From an uncultured delta proteobacterium (GTDB lineage: Bacteria > Desulfobacterota > Binatia > Binatales > Binataceae): a stretch of DNA of 64,000 nucleotides. The notes below the pieces were generated by a model, which made no database searches, had not been told where the DNA came from, and was given only the letters and a program-made list of their open reading frames with translations. The translations under genes and the position numbers were made by a program. The stretch lies in contig CAWHNS010000011.1 of assembly GCA_963830715.1 (NCBI GenBank), forward strand, positions 65,243 to 129,242. The letters are read 5' to 3'. Shown here in pieces: positions 31,064-40,785 of the stretch (positions are counted from its first letter, which is position 1; the number at the start of each line of letters is the position of its first letter).

Positions 31064-31519
31064 TCACTTCTTTCGCACTTCGCGGCGAATCAGCTTGCCG
31101 GAATCGTCGTAATACTCGACGATGTCGATGTACCCGCGTTCCTGCGGATCGCGCTCGACGATCGCGAGCTTGCCGTGCCTGAATTCCCTGATGCTCTCGG
31201 GTTTGCCGTCAAAATCGTCATCGCGGATCTCGCGGCTCAGGACCCCGTGCGAGTATTCCTGAACGAGATCGACCTGTCCGTTGAAGTTCCTGTCACTCTC
31301 GATCTTGACGATCTGGTTGTCCCTGTACGTCTTGACGACGTCCGGTCTTCCGTCGCCATTGGTGTCGATAGCCAGCTTGTACTCATCCTTGTTGATGCGG
31401 TATACCCACTGATCGGGGCGCCCGTCGCGACCACGGTGCGTGACTGTGCCGTCGGGCTCCCGGCTGCACGAGATGAAGCCTAAGGCCAGCGCTGCGAGGA
31501 AGATTGCGGCATTCCGCAT
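31064..31519 (-). CDS. Lipoprotein with about five DxDxDG-type (calcium-loop-like) repeats
   Basis: 151 aa with lipobox LALGFISC. Repeated units of about 23 aa (DTNGDGRPDVVKTY..., DRNFNGQVDLVQEY..., DDDFDGKPESIREF...). Confidence 0.6.
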   Translation of the reverse strand: MRNAAIFLAALALGFISCSREPDGTVTHRGRDGRPDQWVYRINKDEYKLAIDTNGDGRPDVVKTYRDNQIVKIESDRNFNGQVDLVQEYSHGVLSREIRDDDFDGKPESIREFRHGKLAIVERDPQERGYIDIVEYYDDSGKLIRREVRKK

Positions 31520-31925
31520 ATCTTCTTATACCCGGCGTTCAATCTGCTCTCAACTTTGCAGTTTCACGCTGACGCTTGCCTTGCTCGGGCTTCCGTTGGC
31601 CGGCCTCGGCACAGAACGCGCGCCAATCCTGACTCCACTCGTCACGGAGCTCGTGCCTCTGGGCGCAAGTCTGCAGTCGCCGCCTACGAGTCTATTTCAA
31701 CTTCCCTCAATTGCGGCGCCCGTTCGATTGGTTCTGGGGCCTTCGCCGGCGGCAACCTTAGCGCCGAGTCCCGACAGCAATGGCCGGGTCCGCAGACCTG
31801 CGCGGCCCTGACTTGCCCGATTCGGGCGCGTTAGACAGTCCGAACGGTCGTTCCCCTCCTTCCGCCTAGCTGCCTCCAACAAACCGATCGCGACATCTCA
31901 ACTCCGCCGGACTCGGCGGTGAGAT

Positions 31926-33272
31926 GTGGTTCGCTTGTGCCTCCGAGCGGCGGAGCAATTGAGTTTTCTGTTCTTGTCGCCGCGAAGGAGCCGAGGAGGG
32001 AAGTGTGCCTTGTACCGGGCGATAACATTGACGTTGCTTACGATTTGGCTGACTTCGAGAGGGGCTGCGTGGGCGGCGGACGAACCGGTGTTGACGGTAG
32101 AGCAGTTGGTGGAGGCCGCCATTGAGGTGAATCCTCAAGTCCGAGCCGCGAAGGAGCAGTGGGACGCCGCCCAACATCAGATCTTGCAGAACTACGCACC
32201 GGCGGACCCGACATTCACCTACTCGAATCTGGACAGCAGCAAAGACTTCGACGCGGCCGTGCACGCCCATTCATTCAGCGAAAGTTTCCAGTTTCCCGGA
32301 AAAGCGCTGCTCCAGGCGGAGGAAGCGAAGCGGACCGCCGGGATTGCGGCTCTAACCTATGACGCGGCGATGCGCGATCTGCGCGCCGCCGTCGAGGCCG
32401 CCTATTACCAGCTACTGCTCGACGAGGCCTTGATCGGAATCAACGCCGAGAATATCGCCAACCTGAAGCAGGTCCTTCACGTAACCCAAATCCGCTATAC
32501 GGCGAACCAGGCTACTCAAGCCGATCTCATCGGCGCCGAGTTCGCTCTCGCTCAGGCTCAGTTGCAGCAGCGTCAGTACCAGACCAACCGGGCGAACGAC
32601 CGGGTGGCGCTGAATCAACTGCTCTATCGGAGACCTGCCTCTCCGTTGAACCTTGACCGGAAGATCCAGCTCAGAGGGTTGGAGTTCCCGCTGGATAAAG
32701 CGGTAGACACCGCGACGCGCGCGCGCCAGGAGATCCTCGAGGCGGCGCTGGCGGAGAAGAATTCAACCACCGCGCTGAAACTCGCGGAGATGGAATATCT
32801 GCCGGACTATACGATCGGATATGAGTTCGACTACATCCTGCAACCCGGCGCGCAGCCGCTTGCAGGGGTGACCCAGGGGCATAGCTTCTCTATTGGGTTC
32901 AACCTCCCGATATTTTTCTGGATACATCAGCGCGAGGACGTGCACTCGGCGCAACATTCGCTGCTGGCCGCCCGTTTCAACATGAATTCCGTCCGAAGCC
33001 AGACCGAAGCAACCGTCACGCAGTTGTACCAGTCCGCCCAATTCGCCTACCAGTCGGCGCAGGAATATAGCGGATTGCTGATCCCATTGGCCGACAAAGA
33101 CTTCAAAGTGTCGTTGGTCGCCTACGAAGCGGGCAAAGTCGACTTCCTTACATTGTCGTCGGCGCTGCAGAGCGCCTATGCGGCGCGGATCACTTACCTT
33201 CAGAACGCCAATCAATTCTTCGCCGGAGAAGTGGCGTTGGAGCAGGCGATGGGAGTTTCGTCACCAAAATGA
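31926..33272 (+). CDS. TolC/CzcC-family outer-membrane efflux protein
   Basis: 448-aa track ORF with the two-repeat OEP architecture (LTVEQLVEAAIEVNPQVRAAKEQWDAA...). The likely true start is TTG 32010, after a GAGGAGG SD, which gives signal peptide YRAITLTLLTIWLTSRGAAWA|A. Confidence 0.8.
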   Translation: MVRLCLRAAEQLSFLFLSPRRSRGGKCALYRAITLTLLTIWLTSRGAAWAADEPVLTVEQLVEAAIEVNPQVRAAKEQWDAAQHQILQNYAPADPTFTYSNLDSSKDFDAAVHAHSFSESFQFPGKALLQAEEAKRTAGIAALTYDAAMRDLRAAVEAAYYQLLLDEALIGINAENIANLKQVLHVTQIRYTANQATQADLIGAEFALAQAQLQQRQYQTNRANDRVALNQLLYRRPASPLNLDRKIQLRGLEFPLDKAVDTATRARQEILEAALAEKNSTTALKLAEMEYLPDYTIGYEFDYILQPGAQPLAGVTQGHSFSIGFNLPIFFWIHQREDVHSAQHSLLAARFNMNSVRSQTEATVTQLYQSAQFAYQSAQEYSGLLIPLADKDFKVSLVAYEAGKVDFLTLSSALQSAYAARITYLQNANQFFAGEVALEQAMGVSSPK

Positions 33273-34441
33273 AGCACATTACCGCGGCTGCGATGGCTGC
33301 AACGGCCTTATCGGCTCTGGTCACGACGTGGCTGGCGATGGGCGCGCTCAGCGGATGTGACAGCTCGGCAAGTCCGGCCGCTACCGGGTCCCCGCCATCT
33401 CAACTGCCGATGTTGGTTCATCAGGCCGACGGCCGCGAATTGATGGTGATCGACATTTCTCAGACCCGGGTAGGGTCGATCGGCACCGTAAAAGACGTAC
33501 CGCTTCCCGGCGTTCTGGAAGCGGTCGGGCAGGTGACGTTCGACGATCGCCTGGTATCGACCATCATCTCGCGGGTCACCGGGCGGATTGAGCAACTGCG
33601 AACCTCGCAATGGGATACGGTTCGGCGCGGCGATCAGGTGATGTCGCTGTACAGCCCCGACTTCATGACCGCAGAGGCGGAGTACCTGGAGGCGACTTCC
33701 AGCACCAGCCAGCGCGGCGGCGCCGGCCCGCAGACCAACGCCTTTGGCATGCCGGCGGGCAGCTTCAGCATGACGGCGAACCTCAAGACCGCCGCCGTCC
33801 GCAAGCTTGAGCTACTGGGCTTTTCACCAGCGGACATCGCGGCGATCCGGGAGCCGAGCGCTTCGGTCTGGATGCGTGCGCCGATCAGCGGGATCGTCGT
33901 GAGCAAGAACGCGGTGCGCGGCCAGCAGGTCAATCCCGGCGACCAGCTTTTGTCTCTCGCGACGCTGGAACGGGTATGGATCACCGCGGACATTTACGAA
34001 GACGACCTCGCCCGAGTCAGGGTCGGACAGAATCTTGAGGCGGTGACCGCCGCCTATCCGAAGGAAATCTTCAAGGGCATGATTCAGCGAATCAGTCCCA
34101 GCCTCGATCCGAACACGCACACCCTGCAGTTGCGCTGTCAGGTCAGCAACCCCGGATCTCGGCTTAAGCCACAGATGTTGGCACGTGTTCGCATCGAGAC
34201 CAGCCCGGGTCTGGCGCTGGTGGTTCCGCAGTCAGCGCTGGTTTTCGACGACAACGCCTACTACGCGTTCATCGTAGCCGGCGCGAACAGCGTTGAGCGC
34301 CGCCGAGTCGAGATCACCGATTGGAACGAACACGGATACGCCCGAGTCGTGAGCGGCCTCGAGCCAGGCGACAGATTCCTCATCACGGACTCGCTACGAT
34401 TCAACGCTCTCTGGCATGTGGCGCACGGCGAGACTTCCTGA
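33269..34441 (+). CDS. Efflux RND periplasmic adaptor (CzcB/HlyD family) lipoprotein
   Basis: 390 aa with lipobox GALSGC. Barrel-sandwich/hairpin pattern (APISGIVVSKNAVRGQQVNPGDQLLSLA). Its start overlaps the upstream stop. Confidence 0.85.
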   Translation: MKHITAAAMAATALSALVTTWLAMGALSGCDSSASPAATGSPPSQLPMLVHQADGRELMVIDISQTRVGSIGTVKDVPLPGVLEAVGQVTFDDRLVSTIISRVTGRIEQLRTSQWDTVRRGDQVMSLYSPDFMTAEAEYLEATSSTSQRGGAGPQTNAFGMPAGSFSMTANLKTAAVRKLELLGFSPADIAAIREPSASVWMRAPISGIVVSKNAVRGQQVNPGDQLLSLATLERVWITADIYEDDLARVRVGQNLEAVTAAYPKEIFKGMIQRISPSLDPNTHTLQLRCQVSNPGSRLKPQMLARVRIETSPGLALVVPQSALVFDDNAYYAFIVAGANSVERRRVEITDWNEHGYARVVSGLEPGDRFLITDSLRFNALWHVAHGETS

Positions 34442-34451
34442 GAGAAGTGCG

Positions 34452-37400
34452 ATGATCAAACTCCTGATGAACCTCGCGCTCGGTGAGCGCATAGTGGTTG
34501 TTGGCGCGGCCGTTTTGCTCGCAATCGCGGGATTTTATTCCTTTCGCGAACTGGACATCGAGGCCTACCCCGACCCGGTGCAACCTCGGGTCGAGATCAT
34601 CACGCAACCACTCGGGCTGAGCGCGGAGGAAGTCGAGAAGATCGCCACCATACCGCTTGAAGTCGGCCTGGCCGGAATACGCAATCTGGAGGCGATGCGG
34701 ACGATATCGCTGTTCGGACTATCCGACGTGAAACTGTATTTCACCTGGGACAGCGACTACTACTGGGACCGCGTCGAGACCATCAATCGGCTGGGCCTGG
34801 TTACTCTGCCGCAGAACCTTGTGCCCTCGATATCACCTGACAATCCGATCGGTGAGATTTACCGTTATATCGTACAAAGCCCGGACCATAACCTGCTCGA
34901 GGAAAAGGAGGTCGAAGACTGGGTCCTCGAAAAACAACTCAAGACAGTGCCGGGAGTCGAAGACGTGTCGGGCTTCGGCGGCTTGACCAAGCAGTACCAC
35001 GTGGATGTAGATGCCGCGAAGCTCAATCACTACCAGTTGTCGCTGGCGGCGCTGACCGGTGCGATCGCGAACGGCAACATCAATGTCGGCGGCAACTACG
35101 TCGAGGTTGGCCAGCAGGCATTCGATGTCCGCGGGATCGGCTTTATCACGACCCTGGACGACATACGCAACATCGTGCTCGGCGCGAGCAAGGCCACCCT
35201 CAACAGCGGTATCGCCATACCGGCGCGCGTGCGCGATGTCGCCGATGTTAACGTCGGCTATGCGCCGCGGCTTGGGATCGTGGGAAGGAACGACCGCGAT
35301 GAGGTCGTCGAGGGCATCGTCCTGATGCGCAAATACGGCGATACGCTGAAGACGCTCAAAAGGGTGGAAGCGAAAGTGCAACAGCTGAACGCATCCGGCA
35401 TGATGCCGCCGGGCTATAAGGCAGTGCCTTACTACGACCGCACCTCGTTGGTCGATACCACGCTACGCACGGTCTTGGAGAACCTCGGGCTCGGCATGCT
35501 CCTGGTCTTTCTCGTCCTGATCTTTTTCCTCGGCAGCCTGCGAACCGCTGTTATCGCCGCCCTGAATATCCCACTGGCCATGTGCGGAGCATTTGTCCTG
35601 CTGTATCTGACTGGAATACCCGCGAATCTGCTTTCATTGGGTGCGGTCGACTTCGGGATCATCATCGATTCCACCGTCATTGTCATCGAAAACATTTATC
35701 GCCATCTCACCACCGACGAACGGGCCGGCGAGACTGAAGTTCAATGCATTCAACGAGCGTCCCTGGAAGTGGGCGGGCCGATGTTCTATTCGACCCTGAT
35801 TTTTCTGATCGCCTTCCTGCCGCTGTTCACGATGCGCGGGGTCGAAGGCGTCATTTTCTCTCCCATGTCGCACACCTACGCATTCGCGCTGACTACCGCG
35901 ATTCTGCTGGCGGTCACCCTAACGCCGGTTCTGAGTTCTTTTCTGCTTCGCAGGGGGATGAAGGAGACCCACAATATAGTCTGGGAGGGGTTTCATCGCT
36001 TCTATCACAACCTCTTCATCAGAATTTTACGATGGCCTTATCTGACTCTGGCGGTAATCATCCTCGTCATGGCGGGTGGACTCTCGCAGTTTCCGCGGCT
36101 GGGCGGGGAGTTCCTGCCGAAGTTGGAGGAGGGAAACATCTGGGCGAGAGCGACGCTGCCGCTCAGCACTTCACTCTCTCACGCAAACGAAGTGGCGCGG
36201 GGCGCCCGTGAGGTCTTCAGGTCGTTCCCCGAAGTTACCGACGTCGTCTCACAGACCGGTCGTCCCGACGATGGGACCGACGCGACCGGGTTCTTCAATA
36301 TCGAATTTTCCGTCGATCTCAAGCCGCAATCTCAGTGGCGGCCAGGCCTCACCAAGCAGAAGCTGACCGACGAGATCGATGACCGGCTCAGGCGTAAATT
36401 TCCCGAGGCCAGCTTCGGCTATTCGCAATATATCGAGGACAACATCGAGGAGGCGCTGTCGGGCGTTAAAGGTGTCAACGCGATCAAGGTCTATGGCCCT
36501 GACCTCGCTCTTGACGAGCGCGTTGCCAACGAGACGAGAGAAGTCATCGACGGAGTGCGCGGGATTGCTGACGTTGCGGTCTATCGCGCGATGGGGCAGC
36601 CAAACCTGCTCATCAAGCCGGACCGGCAAGTCTGCTCACGTTATGGACTCAACGTGGGCGACGTGGCCGCTTCCGTGCAAGCCGCGATCGGTGGTCAGGC
36701 GGTCACACAGGTGCTGGAGGGAGACCGGCGGTTCGACCTCGTGGTTCGTTGGCAGCCCAAATACAGGCAGAGCTCCGAGGCCATACGTCAGATTCAAATC
36801 GCCGTGCCCGGCGGCGGCTACGTCCCGCTCGGCCAGGTCGCGGACATTACTACCGCCGAGGGCGCCTCGTTCATTTATCGGGAGGGTCTGCGCCGCTACG
36901 TCCCGATAAGATTCAGCGTCCGGGGCCGCGACATGCAGAGCGCCATCGACGAGGCAAAGAGCGCAGTCGCCCGGCAGATCAGGCTTCCCGACGGCGTCTC
37001 GCTCGACTGGGTGGGCGAGTACAGCGAGCTCCAGCAAGCCAACCGGCGCCTGGAGATCGTTATTCCATTCGCGCTGCTGGTAATCATGGGTGTTCTTTAC
37101 GCCGCGACCTTGTCGTTCATCAATACGCTCATATTGATGGCGCAGGTGCCGCTGGCTTGCCTGGGTGGCGTGCTCGCGCTGGTTGTCACCGGCACGCCCT
37201 TCAGCGTCTCCGCCGCGGTCGGCTTCATCTCGATTTTCGCAATTGCAATCATGGACGGCATTCTATTGAACTTTTACATCTATCAACTGTGGAAGGAGGG
37301 ACACTCCGTCGTCGATTCAATCGTCATGGGCGCCGACCGGCGCTTCCGCGCTCTGATGATGACGGCGTTGGTCGACGGACTGGGACTCCTGCCCGCCGCA

Positions 37401-37580
37401 CTTTCCACCCGTATCGGAGCGCAGACTCAGCGGCCACTGGCGATCGTGGTTATCGGCGGAGCCATTTCAATCGCGTTGTTGACCCGTGTGTTCCAGCCCA
37501 CGCTGGTCTATCTGCTGCGACGGCCTCTCGGTCTCATCGATGACCGCGAAGCGGCTCAACTAAACACCCACCCGCGATGA
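34452..37580 (+). CDS. Heavy-metal-efflux (HME) RND permease, CzcA/CusA family
   Basis: 1042 aa from ATG 34452. 12-TM RND topology. The TM4 motif AVDFGIIIDSTVIVIENI is typical of HME-RND pumps. The gene is intact. Confidence 0.9.
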   Translation: MIKLLMNLALGERIVVVGAAVLLAIAGFYSFRELDIEAYPDPVQPRVEIITQPLGLSAEEVEKIATIPLEVGLAGIRNLEAMRTISLFGLSDVKLYFTWDSDYYWDRVETINRLGLVTLPQNLVPSISPDNPIGEIYRYIVQSPDHNLLEEKEVEDWVLEKQLKTVPGVEDVSGFGGLTKQYHVDVDAAKLNHYQLSLAALTGAIANGNINVGGNYVEVGQQAFDVRGIGFITTLDDIRNIVLGASKATLNSGIAIPARVRDVADVNVGYAPRLGIVGRNDRDEVVEGIVLMRKYGDTLKTLKRVEAKVQQLNASGMMPPGYKAVPYYDRTSLVDTTLRTVLENLGLGMLLVFLVLIFFLGSLRTAVIAALNIPLAMCGAFVLLYLTGIPANLLSLGAVDFGIIIDSTVIVIENIYRHLTTDERAGETEVQCIQRASLEVGGPMFYSTLIFLIAFLPLFTMRGVEGVIFSPMSHTYAFALTTAILLAVTLTPVLSSFLLRRGMKETHNIVWEGFHRFYHNLFIRILRWPYLTLAVIILVMAGGLSQFPRLGGEFLPKLEEGNIWARATLPLSTSLSHANEVARGAREVFRSFPEVTDVVSQTGRPDDGTDATGFFNIEFSVDLKPQSQWRPGLTKQKLTDEIDDRLRRKFPEASFGYSQYIEDNIEEALSGVKGVNAIKVYGPDLALDERVANETREVIDGVRGIADVAVYRAMGQPNLLIKPDRQVCSRYGLNVGDVAASVQAAIGGQAVTQVLEGDRRFDLVVRWQPKYRQSSEAIRQIQIAVPGGGYVPLGQVADITTAEGASFIYREGLRRYVPIRFSVRGRDMQSAIDEAKSAVARQIRLPDGVSLDWVGEYSELQQANRRLEIVIPFALLVIMGVLYAATLSFINTLILMAQVPLACLGGVLALVVTGTPFSVSAAVGFISIFAIAIMDGILLNFYIYQLWKEGHSVVDSIVMGADRRFRALMMTALVDGLGLLPAALSTRIGAQTQRPLAIVVIGGAISIALLTRVFQPTLVYLLRRPLGLIDDREAAQLNTHPR

Positions 37581-37581
37581 G

Positions 37582-38530
37582 TCATCGCAGTCCGGCCAGA
37601 CGCATCAGTTCCGCCAGACCCTCCTCAGTAGTCACCTCAGGTTGCCAGCCGAGCGTGCGCCTGGCTTGACTGAAGTCGGCCAGGGTATGGCGGGCGTCGC
37701 CGGGGCGGGGCGCGAGATTCACCGTGGGTCCGCCGATAAGCCGCGCGATCTGGTTTATGCTGCAAGCGCGGCCCTGGCCGATATTGAGGGCGCGGCCATC
37801 GGCCGGGCCGCAATTCATGGCGAGCAGGTTGGCGCGCACCACGTCGCGCACGTGAGTGAAGTCCCGGGTCTGCTCGCCGTCGCCGTGAATAGTCAGTGGC
37901 CGGCCTTCCCGGCGCAGTCTCAGGAACGCGCTGATGACCGTGACATAGGCGCCTTCAGCCGCCATCCGCGGACCGAAGACGTTGAAGTATCGCAACGTGA
38001 GCGTCTCCATTCCGAAGAGCTGGTGAAAGAGACGCGTATATTGCTCACCCACCAGCTTCTGGAGAGCGTATGGGTTAAGCGGCTTCGGCGGCATCTCCTC
38101 TCGCAGCGGCAACCGGTCCTGGTTGCCGTACACCGATGAGGAACCCGAATTGACGACCCTCCGGACGCCCGCATCGCGCGCGGCCACGAGCACGTTGAGG
38201 GCGCCGAGCGCGTTTACCATGTGCGTCTCGATCGGCTTCTCTATCGAGAGCGGCACCCGGGGCAGCGCGGCGGCGTGAAATACGCAAGCGACTCCGTCAA
38301 GCGCACCGGCGGATGGAATCGAGGACGCGGATGTCACCTTCGATCAACTCGGCAGCCGGATTGAGGTTCTCGCGCCGTCCGGTTGAGAAGTCGTCGAGCA
38401 CTCTGACCCGAACGCCTCGGTCGATCAGCGCGTCAACCAGGTGTGAGCCGATAAAGCCGGCCCCGCCGGTGACCAGCACAAGCGATGAGTCCGCTCGCGA
38501 TTGGGATTGACTAGCCATTGCGGTGGTCAC
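37582..38530 (-). CDS. NAD-dependent sugar-nucleotide epimerase (GalE/WbpP-like extended SDR), split by a 1-nt frameshift
   Basis: VTGGAGFIGSHL Rossmann motif and YALQK catalytic motif. Track ORFs 38297..38530 and 37582..38337 join as GDIRVLDSIRR|ALDGVACVFHAAA if one base near 38305 is removed. Confidence 0.8.
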
Positions 38531-38691
38531 GTCGATTTCGCTATGGGAAACTTTGCGTAACCCGAAATGCCGGAACGCTTCGCGTAGATTCTTCGCCTTC
38601 GGCTGTCGCCTCAGCTCAGAATGACAGCGGTAAGCGAGGGCTCAGGACGGCTGCGCTGCAACAGTTGGCCAGTCACGCATTTTCTCGCGCC

Positions 38692-39855
38692 CTAGACCGT
38701 GCAGTTGTACACGCGCATCACGTTCTCGCCCATCACCTTGATGCGAGCCTCGGGCGGAAGTTTCAGGGCCAGCTCGTCCACTTCCTCGATATAATTCCCG
38801 GTATGGTCGGGATGGGGAAAGTCGGACGCCCAGAAGAATTTGTCGGCGCCGCACAACTCCACCATCGCGGGCAGCGAGTGCTCGTCGGGATCGCCCGAGA
38901 TCCAGCAATTGCGCGCGAAGTAGAAGCTCGGCTTCTCCTTGAGGGTCAACAACCGGCCCATCGCGGTTGCGTACACGGCGTCCATCCGGTCGAGCCAGTA
39001 GGAAATCCATCCTGCGCCGGCTTCCAGCACGACCAGCTTCAGGCGCGGGAATTTGTCGAATGTGCCGTACTGGAAAAAGGTCGTAAACGCGTGACGCACG
39101 GCGTCAGCGGCGGTGATGTTGTTGAAAAAGTACAGGCCGCGTTGATATTCCCAATCGTAACGTCCCGACATCGCCCAGGTCGGCTCGAGCGTGGGATGAA
39201 TTCCGAGCGGCACGTCGAGTTCCTGCGCCTTGGCGAACAGCACGTCGTGGTCCGGATGAGCGTGCGGCTTGCGGCTCATCGTGAACATCGCCACCCATCC
39301 GCCTTTGCATCCCGCCTTCACCGCCCGTTCCAGCTCGCGCGCGGCCGCCTGGGGATCACCCAGCGAAAGATGCGCGATCGGAATCAATCTGCCCCCGCTG
39401 TCCGAGCAAAAATCCACAATGTAGCGATTATATGCCCGCGTGTAGGCTTGGGCCAGTTCCGGGTCGGTGCATTCGACCTCGTAGAGCAGGCTGAGCGTGG
39501 GGTAAAGAAACGCCGCCCTGAGTCCTTCGGCCGCGATTCGATCGAGCCGCTCCTTCGGGTCCATCGCACCGAATGGGGCGTAGCTCCCATAACCGAGTTT
39601 CCGGGGGAACCTTGGGTTGTCGCGAGTCGAGCCCATGGTTGACAATCCGCTGAGCATCCCGGCACGGAGAAACTTCGACGGCCGGCCGTTGATTTCCATG
39701 TATTCGGACCCGCCGTCGCCTTTTCTGATCCTGATCGCGCGGGGCTTGTACTTTTCTTCGAGGTAACGCTCCCAGAGGTCGGCCGCCTCCAGAATGTGGC
39801 CGTCGGCATCGACGGCGCCGTGAAACTTGAGCCTTGGTATTTCTTCCTGCGGCAT
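38692..39855 (-). CDS. Amidohydrolase-2 family (metal-dependent hydrolase/decarboxylase) protein
   Basis: 387 aa with the N-terminal VDADGHILE metal-binding motif and a TIM-barrel pattern, ending ...WASDFPHPD. Confidence 0.8.
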   Translation of the reverse strand: MPQEEIPRLKFHGAVDADGHILEAADLWERYLEEKYKPRAIRIRKGDGGSEYMEINGRPSKFLRAGMLSGLSTMGSTRDNPRFPRKLGYGSYAPFGAMDPKERLDRIAAEGLRAAFLYPTLSLLYEVECTDPELAQAYTRAYNRYIVDFCSDSGGRLIPIAHLSLGDPQAAARELERAVKAGCKGGWVAMFTMSRKPHAHPDHDVLFAKAQELDVPLGIHPTLEPTWAMSGRYDWEYQRGLYFFNNITAADAVRHAFTTFFQYGTFDKFPRLKLVVLEAGAGWISYWLDRMDAVYATAMGRLLTLKEKPSFYFARNCWISGDPDEHSLPAMVELCGADKFFWASDFPHPDHTGNYIEEVDELALKLPPEARIKVMGENVMRVYNCTV

Positions 39856-39957
39856 TTCCGACGACTCCGATCGTTGGTATCGGGTGATATCGCTTTTATA
39901 GTTGACAGGATCGATCCGGGAAAGACAGCCCGCGAACGCCGCCCACAGAATCGCGGC

Positions 39958-40692
39958 TTATATGCTCATGCGTTTGAAGAGCCGCTCCGGGATGAATCGG
40001 ACCGCCGCCATGATCGGGCGCCAGAATCCCGGCACATAAACCACCTCGGCCCCGCGCTTCCACGCGGCGTAGATCTTTTCGGCGGCCTCTCCGGGCGACG
40101 CCACGAGCAACAGCCCATCGCGCCCCCAGGTCATCCGCGTATCGACGAAGCCGAGTTTCACCGTCATTATATGCACGCCCGAGCGGGCAAGCCGCCCGCG
40201 CATCCCCTGCGCGAACAGGGCGAGCGCGCCTTTGGCCGATCCATAGACATAATTTCGCGATCGTCCGCGATCGCCGGCCACCGAGGCCAGTACGATGATG
40301 AAGCCGTGGCCTTGCTTCTGCAGATGCTCGCCGAGCAGCGTCATGAGCGATACTGCGCCAGTGAAGTTCTGGCTGATGGTCTTCAGCGCTTCAGCGGGAT
40401 CAGCCTGCGCGGCGGCTTCGTCGCCGAGCGTGCCGAATGCGATCACGATTCCGTCGAATCCGCCGAGAGCTTCGATCGCACGGCGGACGAAGTCCGGGTG
40501 GGAGGCGAGGTCGGCGGCATCGAAAGCGGCGGAGTGCGTGGCGTGTCCGCCGCGAACCCTCAAATCGCCCGCGATACGATCGCTCTCGGTCAAGTCTCGC
40601 GCGGCGAGCAGAAGGTCGGCGCCGTCGCGCGCGAACCTGAGTCCGATCGCGCGTGCGATCGGGGAAGTCGCGCCAAGAATCAGCACCTTCAT
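39958..40692 (-). CDS. Short-chain dehydrogenase/reductase, DprE2-like
   Basis: Start ATG 40692 (MKVLILGATSPIARAIG). Catalytic motif YGSAK. It sits directly downstream of a DprE1-like FAD oxidase. Confidence 0.7.
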   Translation of the reverse strand: MKVLILGATSPIARAIGLRFARDGADLLLAARDLTESDRIAGDLRVRGGHATHSAAFDAADLASHPDFVRRAIEALGGFDGIVIAFGTLGDEAAAQADPAEALKTISQNFTGAVSLMTLLGEHLQKQGHGFIIVLASVAGDRGRSRNYVYGSAKGALALFAQGMRGRLARSGVHIMTVKLGFVDTRMTWGRDGLLLVASPGEAAEKIYAAWKRGAEVVYVPGFWRPIMAAVRFIPERLFKRMSI

Positions 40693-40785
40693 CGGAAAGA
40701 AACCACGGATGAACACCGATGAACGCAAAGATCGAAAGAGCGGCCAATCTTATTTGTGTTCATCAGTGGTTAACTCTGTCGGGGT

